Made by a program: the position numbers and the translations under genes. Below are positions 6,738 to 14,025 of a DNA stretch of 14,080 nt, in pieces (within the stretch, counting starts at the first letter, position 1; each line of letters starts with the position of its first letter). Origin of the DNA: Candidatus Altarchaeum sp. (GTDB lineage Archaea > Altiarchaeota > Altiarchaeia > Altiarchaeales > Altiarchaeaceae); assembly GCA_018260615.1 (NCBI GenBank), contig JAGWDQ010000018.1, positions 1 to 14,080 on the forward strand, read 5' to 3'. The notes beneath the pieces were generated by a model. The model saw nothing but the letters and a program-made list of their open reading frames with translations, had not been told where the DNA came from and did no database searches.

Positions 6738-8843
6738 TTAAATTTTGCCATATTGTTTTTTGTAATAATTTAAATATTCCCCCGTTTTTATTTTTTTCCA
6801 CCAGTCCTGATTTTTTACATACCATTCAACTGTTAATTTCAAGGCATCATCAAAATCATGTTTTGGATGCCAGCCCAACTCCTTATTAATTTTACTCCAA
6901 TCCACACTATATTTTCTATCATGCCCCGGCCTGTCTTTCACAAATTCAATCCGGCTTTCATCTTTTCCCATAATTTTTAAAATTTTTCGGACAATGTCTA
7001 TGTTTGAAATTTCTTCGGTCATCCCGCCTATGAGATATGTTTCTCCAGTCCTGCCTTCATTAAGAATTGCATCAATTGCCGTGCAGTGATCTTCAACAAA
7101 AAGCCAGTCCCTGACATATAAACCATCTCCATAAACCGGAACCTTTTTTCCTTCCAGAATATTTGTTATTGCCAGCGGAATAAGTTTTTCCGGAAAATGA
7201 TAAGGTCCGAAATTATTTGAACAGTTTGAAATAGTTACAGGAAGATTATAGGTCTGATAATAAGCCCTAACTAAATGGTCGGCACTTGCCTTTGATGCAG
7301 CATAAGGACTTCTCGGATTGTAAGGTGTATTTTCATTAAATTTTTCTTTTGAATCAAGTGGCAAACTTCCAAAAACTTCATCCGTATTTCCGCAAAACAT
7401 GGTTCTTCCATTTCTTTCGATCAGAAAATTATGATCATCTTTTACAGTGAGGCACCATATTTTGCCCTTATAATTTGTCTCTTTTATCCTATCTTTCCTT
7501 ATGTCGCGCCAGAGGTTTCTGAAAGAAATTATAAAACCATTTCCTTCAACTTTTCTTCCCTCAATATATGCGACGGAGTATCGTTCTTTAATTACGGGGC
7601 TTAAATTCAGTTTAACACAGAGTTCTGCGAACTGAGTAACCAAGGTATTTGAAGAAGTGAAAAACACTTTTCTCCTGCTGCCATCAGAATCCAGAAGGCC
7701 GTAAAATAATTTTTTTAATAAATGAACCGGCCAATTCATAGCCCAGTCAGGTATTTTTTTATTTTTTGCCCCGCTTCCACAATCCTTAAAAATACCACAT
7801 ATTTCTTTTGAAGTAAAATACAAATGTTCACCTGCCTTCCCTTTATGAGCGTGCCATTTGATATTTAATTTATTTAAAGCTTCTTCACAGTTTTTTCTAC
7901 ATTTATCATTTTCCGGAATGTCAAGAAATATTCGCCAAGATTTTGAAATAGTGTTCTCTTGATATCCTATTTTTTCACCTTTTTTAAACCTTCCTTTTTT
8001 GTCTCTGTTCAGTTTGATGTATTCTTCTTTTGATAAGCCCGTCTTGTTAGGAGTAATTTTTTCTTGATAACCGAGAAAACCATCACCAATAAATATTCCC
8101 AGAATATAGGCAAAGTCCTCCAACGAGTTAATTTTCTCCAATCTTTTATCAACTTCTCCTTTCCATTGGTAAAATTTTGGAAGCTTGTTTATTGATTGAA
8201 ATTTAAGTTTTTCCGCTTCTTTAAAAACAAATTTTTTACTTTTTTTATGCTGAATAAGCATCCTGTGATTAGGAGTAACTTTAAAACTAACTGTTTTTGA
8301 ATTTATCTCCATCATTTTTCCCTCATAATCTTGAATAATTACCTTTTCTACTGGTTTCCATTTGAGATCGCCAGTACATGGATTAACGCTTAACACCAGA
8401 TCGCCTTTTTTGATTTGATGATACTCTTTAAATCCGTCTTTAGTTATCGCTCGGGTTTTTTCATCGTAGCACGAAATATGATGAAACCTTCTAACTTTGT
8501 TTTTCAACGCTGCCTCAAGAAGAGTGTAAGTTCCGACTATGTTTGTTTTTATAAAAGGTGACGGATCTAAAATTGAGCGATCCACGTGGGACTCTGCAGC
8601 AAAATGCACGATTGTGTCTATCTCCTCATCTTTCATTAATTTATTTACTAATTTGGCATCGCTTATGTCTCCTTTAACAAATTTGTAATTCGGATTATTT
8701 TCAACGCTTTTTAAATTTTCAGGATTTCCTGCATAAGTTAGTTTATCTAAATTTATGATACTGTATTCTTTATATTTTTTTAGCCAATACAAAATGAAGT
8801 TTGACCCGATAAATCCCGCCCCGCCTGTAACTAATATACTCAT
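6738..8843 (-). CDS. rfbB: dTDP-glucose 4,6-dehydratase precursor containing an intein (mature protein about 339 aa)
   Basis: ILVTGGAGFIGSNF, LDKLTYAGN, HFAAESHVDRSI, HHIS|intein|TDEVFGSL, SPYAASKASAD (YxxxK), NNFGPYHFPEKLIP, DRPGHDRKY. Confidence 0.95.
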   Translation of the reverse strand: MSILVTGGAGFIGSNFILYWLKKYKEYSIINLDKLTYAGNPENLKSVENNPNYKFVKGDISDAKLVNKLMKDEEIDTIVHFAAESHVDRSILDPSPFIKTNIVGTYTLLEAALKNKVRRFHHISCYDEKTRAITKDGFKEYHQIKKGDLVLSVNPCTGDLKWKPVEKVIIQDYEGKMMEINSKTVSFKVTPNHRMLIQHKKSKKFVFKEAEKLKFQSINKLPKFYQWKGEVDKRLEKINSLEDFAYILGIFIGDGFLGYQEKITPNKTGLSKEEYIKLNRDKKGRFKKGEKIGYQENTISKSWRIFLDIPENDKCRKNCEEALNKLNIKWHAHKGKAGEHLYFTSKEICGIFKDCGSGAKNKKIPDWAMNWPVHLLKKLFYGLLDSDGSRRKVFFTSSNTLVTQFAELCVKLNLSPVIKERYSVAYIEGRKVEGNGFIISFRNLWRDIRKDRIKETNYKGKIWCLTVKDDHNFLIERNGRTMFCGNTDEVFGSLPLDSKEKFNENTPYNPRSPYAASKASADHLVRAYYQTYNLPVTISNCSNNFGPYHFPEKLIPLAITNILEGKKVPVYGDGLYVRDWLFVEDHCTAIDAILNEGRTGETYLIGGMTEEISNIDIVRKILKIMGKDESRIEFVKDRPGHDRKYSVDWSKINKELGWHPKHDFDDALKLTVEWYVKNQDWWKKIKTGEYLNYYKKQYGKI
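7386..8471 (-). mobile_element. Intein with LAGLIDADG homing-endonuclease domain (362 aa, residues 125-486 of RfbB)
   Basis: Begins Cys (CYDEKTRAIT). Block B VTPNHRML. LAGLIDADG-like helices AYILGIFIGDG and LFYGLLDSDGS. Block F IWCLTVKDDHNF. Ends CGN followed by Thr+1. Excision restores the conserved HHISTDEV motif. Confidence 0.93.
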
Positions 8844-8873
8844 TTTTTAAAATTTTTAAATTTTAATTTTCTA

Positions 8874-9107
8874 CAAAAGTTTCCCATTTCAGAAAACAAA
8901 TGTGTTGAAATGGGACAGTTACTAAATTACATCAATTTACCTCCAAAAATCAGATTATGTTTGGTAATAAATCTGCAAAAAATCCCATATTTTGGCAAAT
9001 TTTTGCATCATTTTAAACTTTTGATATAATTTTCCCCGTTACAAGCCATATTGTTTTGTGATAAAACGATATTCGTAGGTGTTGTAATTCCAAATGGGAA
9101 ACTTTTG
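8874..9107. mobile_element. MITE (non-autonomous IS derivative), 234 bp
   Basis: Perfect 16-bp TIR CAAAAGTTTCCCATTT (8874-8889) / AAATGGGAAACTTTTG (9092-9107), flanked by a 6-bp direct repeat TTTCTA (8868-8873 and 9108-9113). An alternative reading is a 17-bp TIR with a 4-bp TTCT TSD. No transposase inside. Confidence 0.82.
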
Positions 9108-9200
9108 TTTCTATTTCTTTATCATTCTCATAAATTCAATCCGCTTATTTGTCAATTCCTTCGTGCCAATACCCATTCTGCGATATACCTTTCAGGATAA

Positions 9201-9548
9201 TTAACAGGAACTAAAATTTTTTATGGGTATTAAAGAAAAATCCATTGTTGGCACATTTGTCTTTTGGACACTTTTTTCAACAACATCTATCATCTTTTGA
9301 ACATTCTCGCAAACATTTATATATTTGACTGAAACGCCACTATTTTCCAATTTTTTTTTAATCTTTCTAATTTCATCTGCAAAAGATCTTGATATAAATG
9401 TCATTTCTCTGAAATCAAGTAAAATTTCTTTTTCTGATGGACATTTATTAATCATTTCCTCAATCTTTCGAGATAGTACTTTTCCTTCTAATCTTGTAAA
9501 TAAAAAAGATATGCCGTTCAATGCACTTAAGATCTCTATTTTAATCAT
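9201..9548 (-). CDS. STAS-like domain protein (DUF4325-like, anti-anti-sigma-factor fold)
   Basis: 115 aa. FTRLEGKVL...EILLDFREMTFISRSFADEI is the DUF4325/STAS pattern, with a Ser at the usual phosphoacceptor position. Confidence 0.75.
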   Translation of the reverse strand: MIKIEILSALNGISFLFTRLEGKVLSRKIEEMINKCPSEKEILLDFREMTFISRSFADEIRKIKKKLENSGVSVKYINVCENVQKMIDVVEKSVQKTNVPTMDFSLIPIKNFSSC

Positions 9549-9682
9549 TTTTAAAATGTGTTTTAAATATATTGACTAAATGAATTTATTATTGAAAAAA
9601 TTTTGTTGGGGTAAATTATTTATTATTAATTAAAATTCATACAAATAAAAAGCAAGGAATAATTTGCTCATAAGTTCATTGT

Positions 9683-10564
9683 TCATTCAACATATCTGTA
9701 AATCTCAACTTTTTCTTTTGGTTTTTTAATTCGTGCCATCACAATAGTGCCTTGCCATATAGGAAAATCGAAAAAGTAATTTTTATTAAAATAATAACCT
9801 CCTTTTCCTGTAATAATAACAAACTCTCCGTTAAAGTCGGATTCTGTAATAATTCTCTTAGTGCTCCTAATGCCCCACCCCCTTCCATCTTCTTCCTTTT
9901 TTGATGATTTTCCTTCTAACGCACTTCGTATGGCATCTATATCATTATTCATATCTATACCTGCTTTTTTGTACGCTTCCTTAAAACCCATTCCTTCATC
10001 AATTACACAAATTTCCACTTCTTCCTTCTTTTTCAAAAGTTGAACAAAAATCCATAAATTTTTTGACCCTGAATGTTCATATATGTTTGTAATTATTTCA
10101 TTAAAAAAATATACTATTCCATCCTCACCTTTTTTTATAACCGGCGAAAGTAATTCCTGATATTTGTTTAAAGCTGTCTCGACCATTGATTTAACATCAG
10201 GCGTAAGTTTTTCAATATCAAAATGAAGTATCGAAAGGTGTGGGGCATATTTTGCAGACCGGTATTCTGTAATGCCATTTGGAAATGATATTACATTGAG
10301 ATAGTTATTAACATTTTGATCATCAGGTGGAATTATATTTTGAAGATGGTGAGGTGATTTTGTTATTTTCGCTGTTAATACTGCTAACGGCAATAAAGAT
10401 AAAGGTGTTGTCCCCTGAACGGATGTAAGATATATTATTGAATCTTTGTTGTTTTCAAATGCTTGCAGATTTCTACTCAGCTCTTTTATTCTTTGCTCCG
10501 TATCATCACTGTTACTGATTTTTACAACAACTATTTTAAAATTTATTTTAAAATATCGCCTCAC
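9683..10564 (-). CDS. GHKL/HATPase_c ATP-binding protein (RsbW-like Ser kinase fold), no His-kinase dimerisation domain; start codon uncertain
   Basis: N-box NEIITNIYEHS, G1 box IDEGMGF, G2 box GRGWGI, and terminal WQGTIV. Directly upstream of the STAS gene. Confidence 0.8.
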   Translation of the reverse strand: MRRYFKINFKIVVVKISNSDDTEQRIKELSRNLQAFENNKDSIIYLTSVQGTTPLSLLPLAVLTAKITKSPHHLQNIIPPDDQNVNNYLNVISFPNGITEYRSAKYAPHLSILHFDIEKLTPDVKSMVETALNKYQELLSPVIKKGEDGIVYFFNEIITNIYEHSGSKNLWIFVQLLKKKEEVEICVIDEGMGFKEAYKKAGIDMNNDIDAIRSALEGKSSKKEEDGRGWGIRSTKRIITESDFNGEFVIITGKGGYYFNKNYFFDFPIWQGTIVMARIKKPKEKVEIYRYVE

Positions 10565-10569
10565 AGCCG

Positions 10570-10681
10570 TTCGGAGATTTAAAAATCTTTGGGATTTTAA
10601 AAACAGAGTTTTTAAAATCTCCGAATGATTGTAAAAATCTTGTAGATTTTTAGAATATTAAAAATACTTGGAGTATTTTTA
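10570..10681. repeat. Cluster of AT-rich short palindromes upstream of the GHKL-ATPase gene
   Basis: IR 10570-10580/10615-10625 (11 bp); hairpin 10593-10619 (12-bp stem, AGA loop); 10632-10652 (9-bp stem, TGT loop); 10659-10681 (10-bp stem, TGG loop); 10582-10598 (6-bp stem). Confidence 0.75.
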
Positions 10682-10737
10682 GTATAATGAGGTGATTTAA
10701 AAATGAGAGTGAAACGAAATTAACTTACTTTAAATTT

Positions 10738-11298
10738 TTAAATTTTTCCATATTCAAAATTTATATCCGCATCCTTTAATTTGGGATGCTTTTTATCTTT
10801 TTCAGAAAGCCACACATCTTTTATTGGCCAGTCAATTGCAATATCTTCATCATTCTGTACGATTCCTCTATCAGCTTGCGGAGCATATTCAGCAGTTGTC
10901 AGATAATTTACAATTGCCTCATCACTCAAAGTGCAAAACCCGTGAGCAAAGCCCTCCGGAATGTAAAGCATTTTCTTGTTTTCCTCCGATAAAATTTCCG
11001 AAATATACTTTCCGTAAGTTGGACTTCCCCTTCTTATATCAACGGCAACATCAAAAATTTCTCCCTTTATTGCTCTAACTAACTTTCCCTGTGCATAAGG
11101 ATTCTTTTGATAATGCAAACCACGCAAAACACCCTTAACAGAAAACGACTGGTTTTCCTGAACAAAATTTTTTATTCCGAATTTCTCAAATTCGCTGAAT
11201 TTGTAGGTCTCAATAAAATATCCTCTTTCATCTTTAAAAACCTTTGGTTCAATAAGTAAAACCTCTAGTATTTCTAATCTTTTAAATGTAAATGGCAT
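10738..11298 (-). CDS. rfbC: dTDP-4-dehydrorhamnose 3,5-epimerase
   Basis: 186 aa. DERGYF, FVQENQSFS, GVLRGLHYQ, DIRRGSPTYG and IPEGFAHGF motifs. Confidence 0.95.
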   Translation of the reverse strand: MPFTFKRLEILEVLLIEPKVFKDERGYFIETYKFSEFEKFGIKNFVQENQSFSVKGVLRGLHYQKNPYAQGKLVRAIKGEIFDVAVDIRRGSPTYGKYISEILSEENKKMLYIPEGFAHGFCTLSDEAIVNYLTTAEYAPQADRGIVQNDEDIAIDWPIKDVWLSEKDKKHPKLKDADINFEYGKI

Positions 11299-11312
11299 TT
11301 TAAATTTAAAAA

Positions 11313-12176
11313 TTACATTTTCTTTATTAATTTTTCAATCACTGCCTTTCTCATAATGCCAGTTAAATTTTCATCCGCTTCTAAATTTAGCCAGATTTTT
11401 AATGCCTCTGCACCCTGCTCAACAAGCATATCAACTCCACCAATAACTTTACAATTTCTTTTCTTCGCAAATTCCAGAAATTTTGTCTCAATAGGATTAT
11501 AGACAATATCCATAACTACTTTTCCCTCCGGAATATCTCCTTCATTTATTGCACATTTATCAACATTGGGAAACATTCCGACTGATGTTGCATTAATGAT
11601 AATATCGCTGTCCTTCAATTCAGCCCTTAAATTTTTTAAATGGACAACTTTAAGTCCTTTATTTAATTTTTCATTAATTTCATTGTTTATCAAGACCGCC
11701 TTTTCGCTTGTCCTGTTATATATTGAAATTTCCGCATCACTTAACAAAGCAGAAAATATAATTGCCCTTGCCGCTCCGCCCGCACCGAATACAAAAATTT
11801 TTTTGCCTTTAAGACATTCGTTTAAATTTTTTTCAATTGCTTTTATTGCTCCAATTCCATCAGTGTTATAACCTGTTGCTATTCCTTTCTCAAATTTTAT
11901 TGTATTTACTGCATTAATCAGGTTTGCTTCTTCACTAATTTCATCTATGTATTTCATAACAGAAATTTTATGTGGAATTGTTACATTTAATCCGCAAAAT
12001 TTCAATGCATCCGCACCATATATTGCATTACCTAAATTTTTATCATCAACATCAAAGGCAAAGTAATCTGCGTTTATTTTTTTTTCCTTAAAGACGGCAT
12101 TATGCATTACAGGCGATAGTGAATGCTCTATCGGATGCCCGATTACTCCAAAAATTTTTGTTTTTGAGTCAGTCAT
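11313..12176 (-). CDS. aroE: Shikimate dehydrogenase
   Basis: 287 aa. GVIGHPIEHSLSP, NVTIPHK, AVNT, NTDG, GAGGAARA, NRT, INATSVGM, DIVYNP and MLVEQGA motifs. Confidence 0.95.
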   Translation of the reverse strand: MTDSKTKIFGVIGHPIEHSLSPVMHNAVFKEKKINADYFAFDVDDKNLGNAIYGADALKFCGLNVTIPHKISVMKYIDEISEEANLINAVNTIKFEKGIATGYNTDGIGAIKAIEKNLNECLKGKKIFVFGAGGAARAIIFSALLSDAEISIYNRTSEKAVLINNEINEKLNKGLKVVHLKNLRAELKDSDIIINATSVGMFPNVDKCAINEGDIPEGKVVMDIVYNPIETKFLEFAKKRNCKVIGGVDMLVEQGAEALKIWLNLEADENLTGIMRKAVIEKLIKKM

Positions 12177-12241
12177 TTTAAATTAATAAAATTAGATGAA
12201 TAAAATTTTTCAAAGGTTTACTTTTTTCTCTTTTCTGAATG

Positions 12242-12266
12242 TTTTCTCTTTTTTTAAAAGAGAAAA
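12242..12266. terminator. Hairpin between the duplicated aroE start and the real aroE gene (possible terminator or processing stem)
   Basis: TTTTCTCTTTT (12242-12252) pairs with AAAAGAGAAAA (12256-12266), TTT loop. Function inferred only. Confidence 0.35.
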
Positions 12267-12276
12267 GTTCAATGCC

Positions 12277-12339
12277 AATGCTCTATCGGATGCCCGATTA
12301 CTCCGAAAATTTTTGTTTTTGAGTCAGTCATTTTAAATT
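12277..12339 (-). repeat. 63-bp duplication of the aroE 5' end, encoding a 20-aa false-start peptide (12269-12331)
   Basis: 12277-12339 equals 12122-12184 with one synonymous mismatch (12150 A / 12305 G). Translates MTDSKTKIFGVIGHPIEHWH*. Confidence 0.88.
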
Positions 12340-12343
12340 TGAT

Positions 12344-13213
12344 TCACTTTATCAATTCTGTAATTCTTTTCTTTAATTCCTGATTAATAATTGCCTTTCC
12401 ATAAACGGAAAGAAATTTCTCCAAAGTCGCTTTATTTGCTCCCTGATATCCGGCATACCTCGTCAGTAACTCGTCTCTCGTAAATATGTCAATTTTGTAA
12501 AAATTTTTAAATAAAAGAGCCATCACAGAGTCAATGTTCATTTTGTTTTTTGATTCCATTAACTGCCGAAGTGCTTCCCTTAAAATTTCCGGCGGAATAT
12601 CATTAAAATTTTTGTCCAAAATTTTTGTAATTTGAAATTTCGCATTATCGTTTGGTAAACTAACGAGTTTTAAAAGCGTTTCGTTTCTGAAGTCATGAGC
12701 AAATTTTTCAAAATTTTGTGCTAAAATTTCGGCAATTATTTCCTTTCCCATCCCTTCCGCAGTTGGCAAACTTCGGGTTATTATTTCATTGCAAAGAGAC
12801 AGCGGGATTATATCAAAATGTTTCTCAAGTATATTAAGTGCTAAATTTCCAAATGCCGGCGTTAATTCATCAATAGGGTCTTCAATCATTTTGATGTTTT
12901 TCTTCAGGACATCCTTCAGTAAATTTTCCCTCAGGTCAGTTGAAATTATGTCGTAATGATTTAAAAACACACCTCCCGCAACCCTCATATACTTGTCATC
13001 CCTCTTCAGGTATTTCTTCAGCAGTTTTTCTCTTTTTTCCTTTTCTAAATTTAAAAATTTAATGGCAAAATTTCGTAATATAATTCCTTCATTATATCTC
13101 CAATACAAATAAAGCAATAAAATAATTCCTGATATGAATGCTCCAACGATGATGACTAATGAAATTATATCCGTTGAATGCTGCGGATTAAAAATAGATG
13201 CAAGTATTGCCAT
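12344..13213 (-). CDS. Membrane-anchored protein with tandem ~35-aa helical (HEAT/ARM-like) repeats
   Basis: 289 aa. TM span IISLVIIVGAFISGIILLLYLYW. Repeats VFLNHYDIISTDLRENLL, ILEKHFDIIPLSLCNEII, ILAQNFEKFAHDFRNETL, ILDKNFNDIPPEILREAL and LLFKNFYKIDIFTRDELL. Confidence 0.72.
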   Translation of the reverse strand: MAILASIFNPQHSTDIISLVIIVGAFISGIILLLYLYWRYNEGIILRNFAIKFLNLEKEKREKLLKKYLKRDDKYMRVAGGVFLNHYDIISTDLRENLLKDVLKKNIKMIEDPIDELTPAFGNLALNILEKHFDIIPLSLCNEIITRSLPTAEGMGKEIIAEILAQNFEKFAHDFRNETLLKLVSLPNDNAKFQITKILDKNFNDIPPEILREALRQLMESKNKMNIDSVMALLFKNFYKIDIFTRDELLTRYAGYQGANKATLEKFLSVYGKAIINQELKKRITELIK

Positions 13214-13330
13214 TTTAAAATATCAAAGATTTTAAAATCTCCGAATGTAATGATGTGATTTTTAATAAATTTAAAATTTAATTTAAAATTAATTGAATTA
13301 AAAATAAATTAAAAACATATCAAATTAAAA

Positions 13331-13876
13331 ATGAAAGAAATAAATAAAAAAATAAATAAAATAAAGATAAGAAATACAACGATTGAAATACTGCGGGGAG
13401 ATATTACCGATATGAATGCCGATGCAATTGTGAATGCAGCAAATAATGAATTACAGCATGGCGGAGGAGTTGCACTGGCAATCGTGCAAAAAGGAGGCAA
13501 TATAATTCAGGAAGAAAGTGATAAAATCGGATTTTGCGAAACGGGAAAAGCAGTAATAACAACGGGCGGAAATTTAAAGGCAAAATTTATTATTCATACG
13601 GTGGGACCTGTTTATGGCGAAGGAAATGATGCTAAAAAGTTAAAAAATGCTGTTTTAAGCTGTTTAAATTTAGCATATAATGAAAATTTAAAGTCCATAG
13701 CATTTCCGGCAATCAGTGCGGGAATTTATCGCTTTCCAAAAGACAGATGTGCAAAGCTCATGTTAGATACAATTGTAACTTATGTTAAAAACAGAGATAC
13801 AAATTTAAGGGAAATTTATATTGTGCTTTATGATAATGAGACATTTCCATATTTGAAAAGGAATTTAAAAATTTAA
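13331..13876 (+). CDS. Macrodomain protein (MacroD/YmdB-like ADP-ribose hydrolase)
   Basis: GDIT, DAIVNAAN, HGGGVALAI, IIHTVGP and IAFPAISAGIYRFP motifs. Confidence 0.92.
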   Translation: MKEINKKINKIKIRNTTIEILRGDITDMNADAIVNAANNELQHGGGVALAIVQKGGNIIQEESDKIGFCETGKAVITTGGNLKAKFIIHTVGPVYGEGNDAKKLKNAVLSCLNLAYNENLKSIAFPAISAGIYRFPKDRCAKLMLDTIVTYVKNRDTNLREIYIVLYDNETFPYLKRNLKI

Positions 13877-13892
13877 AAAATTCAGAAGAATA

Positions 13893-14010
13893 CTCACACA
13901 AAGTCACAAAGTCACCAGGTTACAGAATATAACTCCTTTGTGTTTCTGTGTCTTGGTGCGATTTTCAAAACGCGGAGTTTTTGAAAATATCCGAGCAACA
14001 GCGAGGTTAG
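13893..14010 (-). repeat. Family-A element copy A3 (inverted relative to A1), split by a 48-bp family-B insertion
   Basis: 13893-13961 plus 14010 is the reverse complement of A1 (3 mismatches). The flanks also match (14011-14024 vs 3284-3297). Starts 16 nt after the macrodomain stop. Confidence 0.88.
13962..14009 (+). mobile_element. Family-B mini-element, simple 48-bp copy, no TSD
   Basis: TTTTCAAAACGCGGAGTTTTTGAAAATATCCGAGCAACAGCGAGGTTA. Same termini as 3359-3500. Removal restores GGTGCGAGAGACCAAAAATAAA, the homolog of 3284-3305 reversed. Confidence 0.72.
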
Positions 14011-14025
14011 AGACCAAAAATAAAG

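Noticed and set aside
8910-9029. 39-aa ORF inside the MITE
   Set aside because: Too short and no transposase or HTH signature; probably chance.
9111-9200. Possible GNAT relic (YRRMGIGTKEL) on the minus strand
   Set aside because: Only a short motif-like match, with an in-frame stop just upstream; insufficient evidence.
9325-12000. Plus-strand ORFs 9325-9579, 9861-10043, 10446-10628, 10786-10992, 10824-11078 and 11566-11871
   Set aside because: Antisense to well-supported genes.
13309-13500. 63-aa minus-strand ORF
   Set aside because: Antisense shadow of the macrodomain gene.
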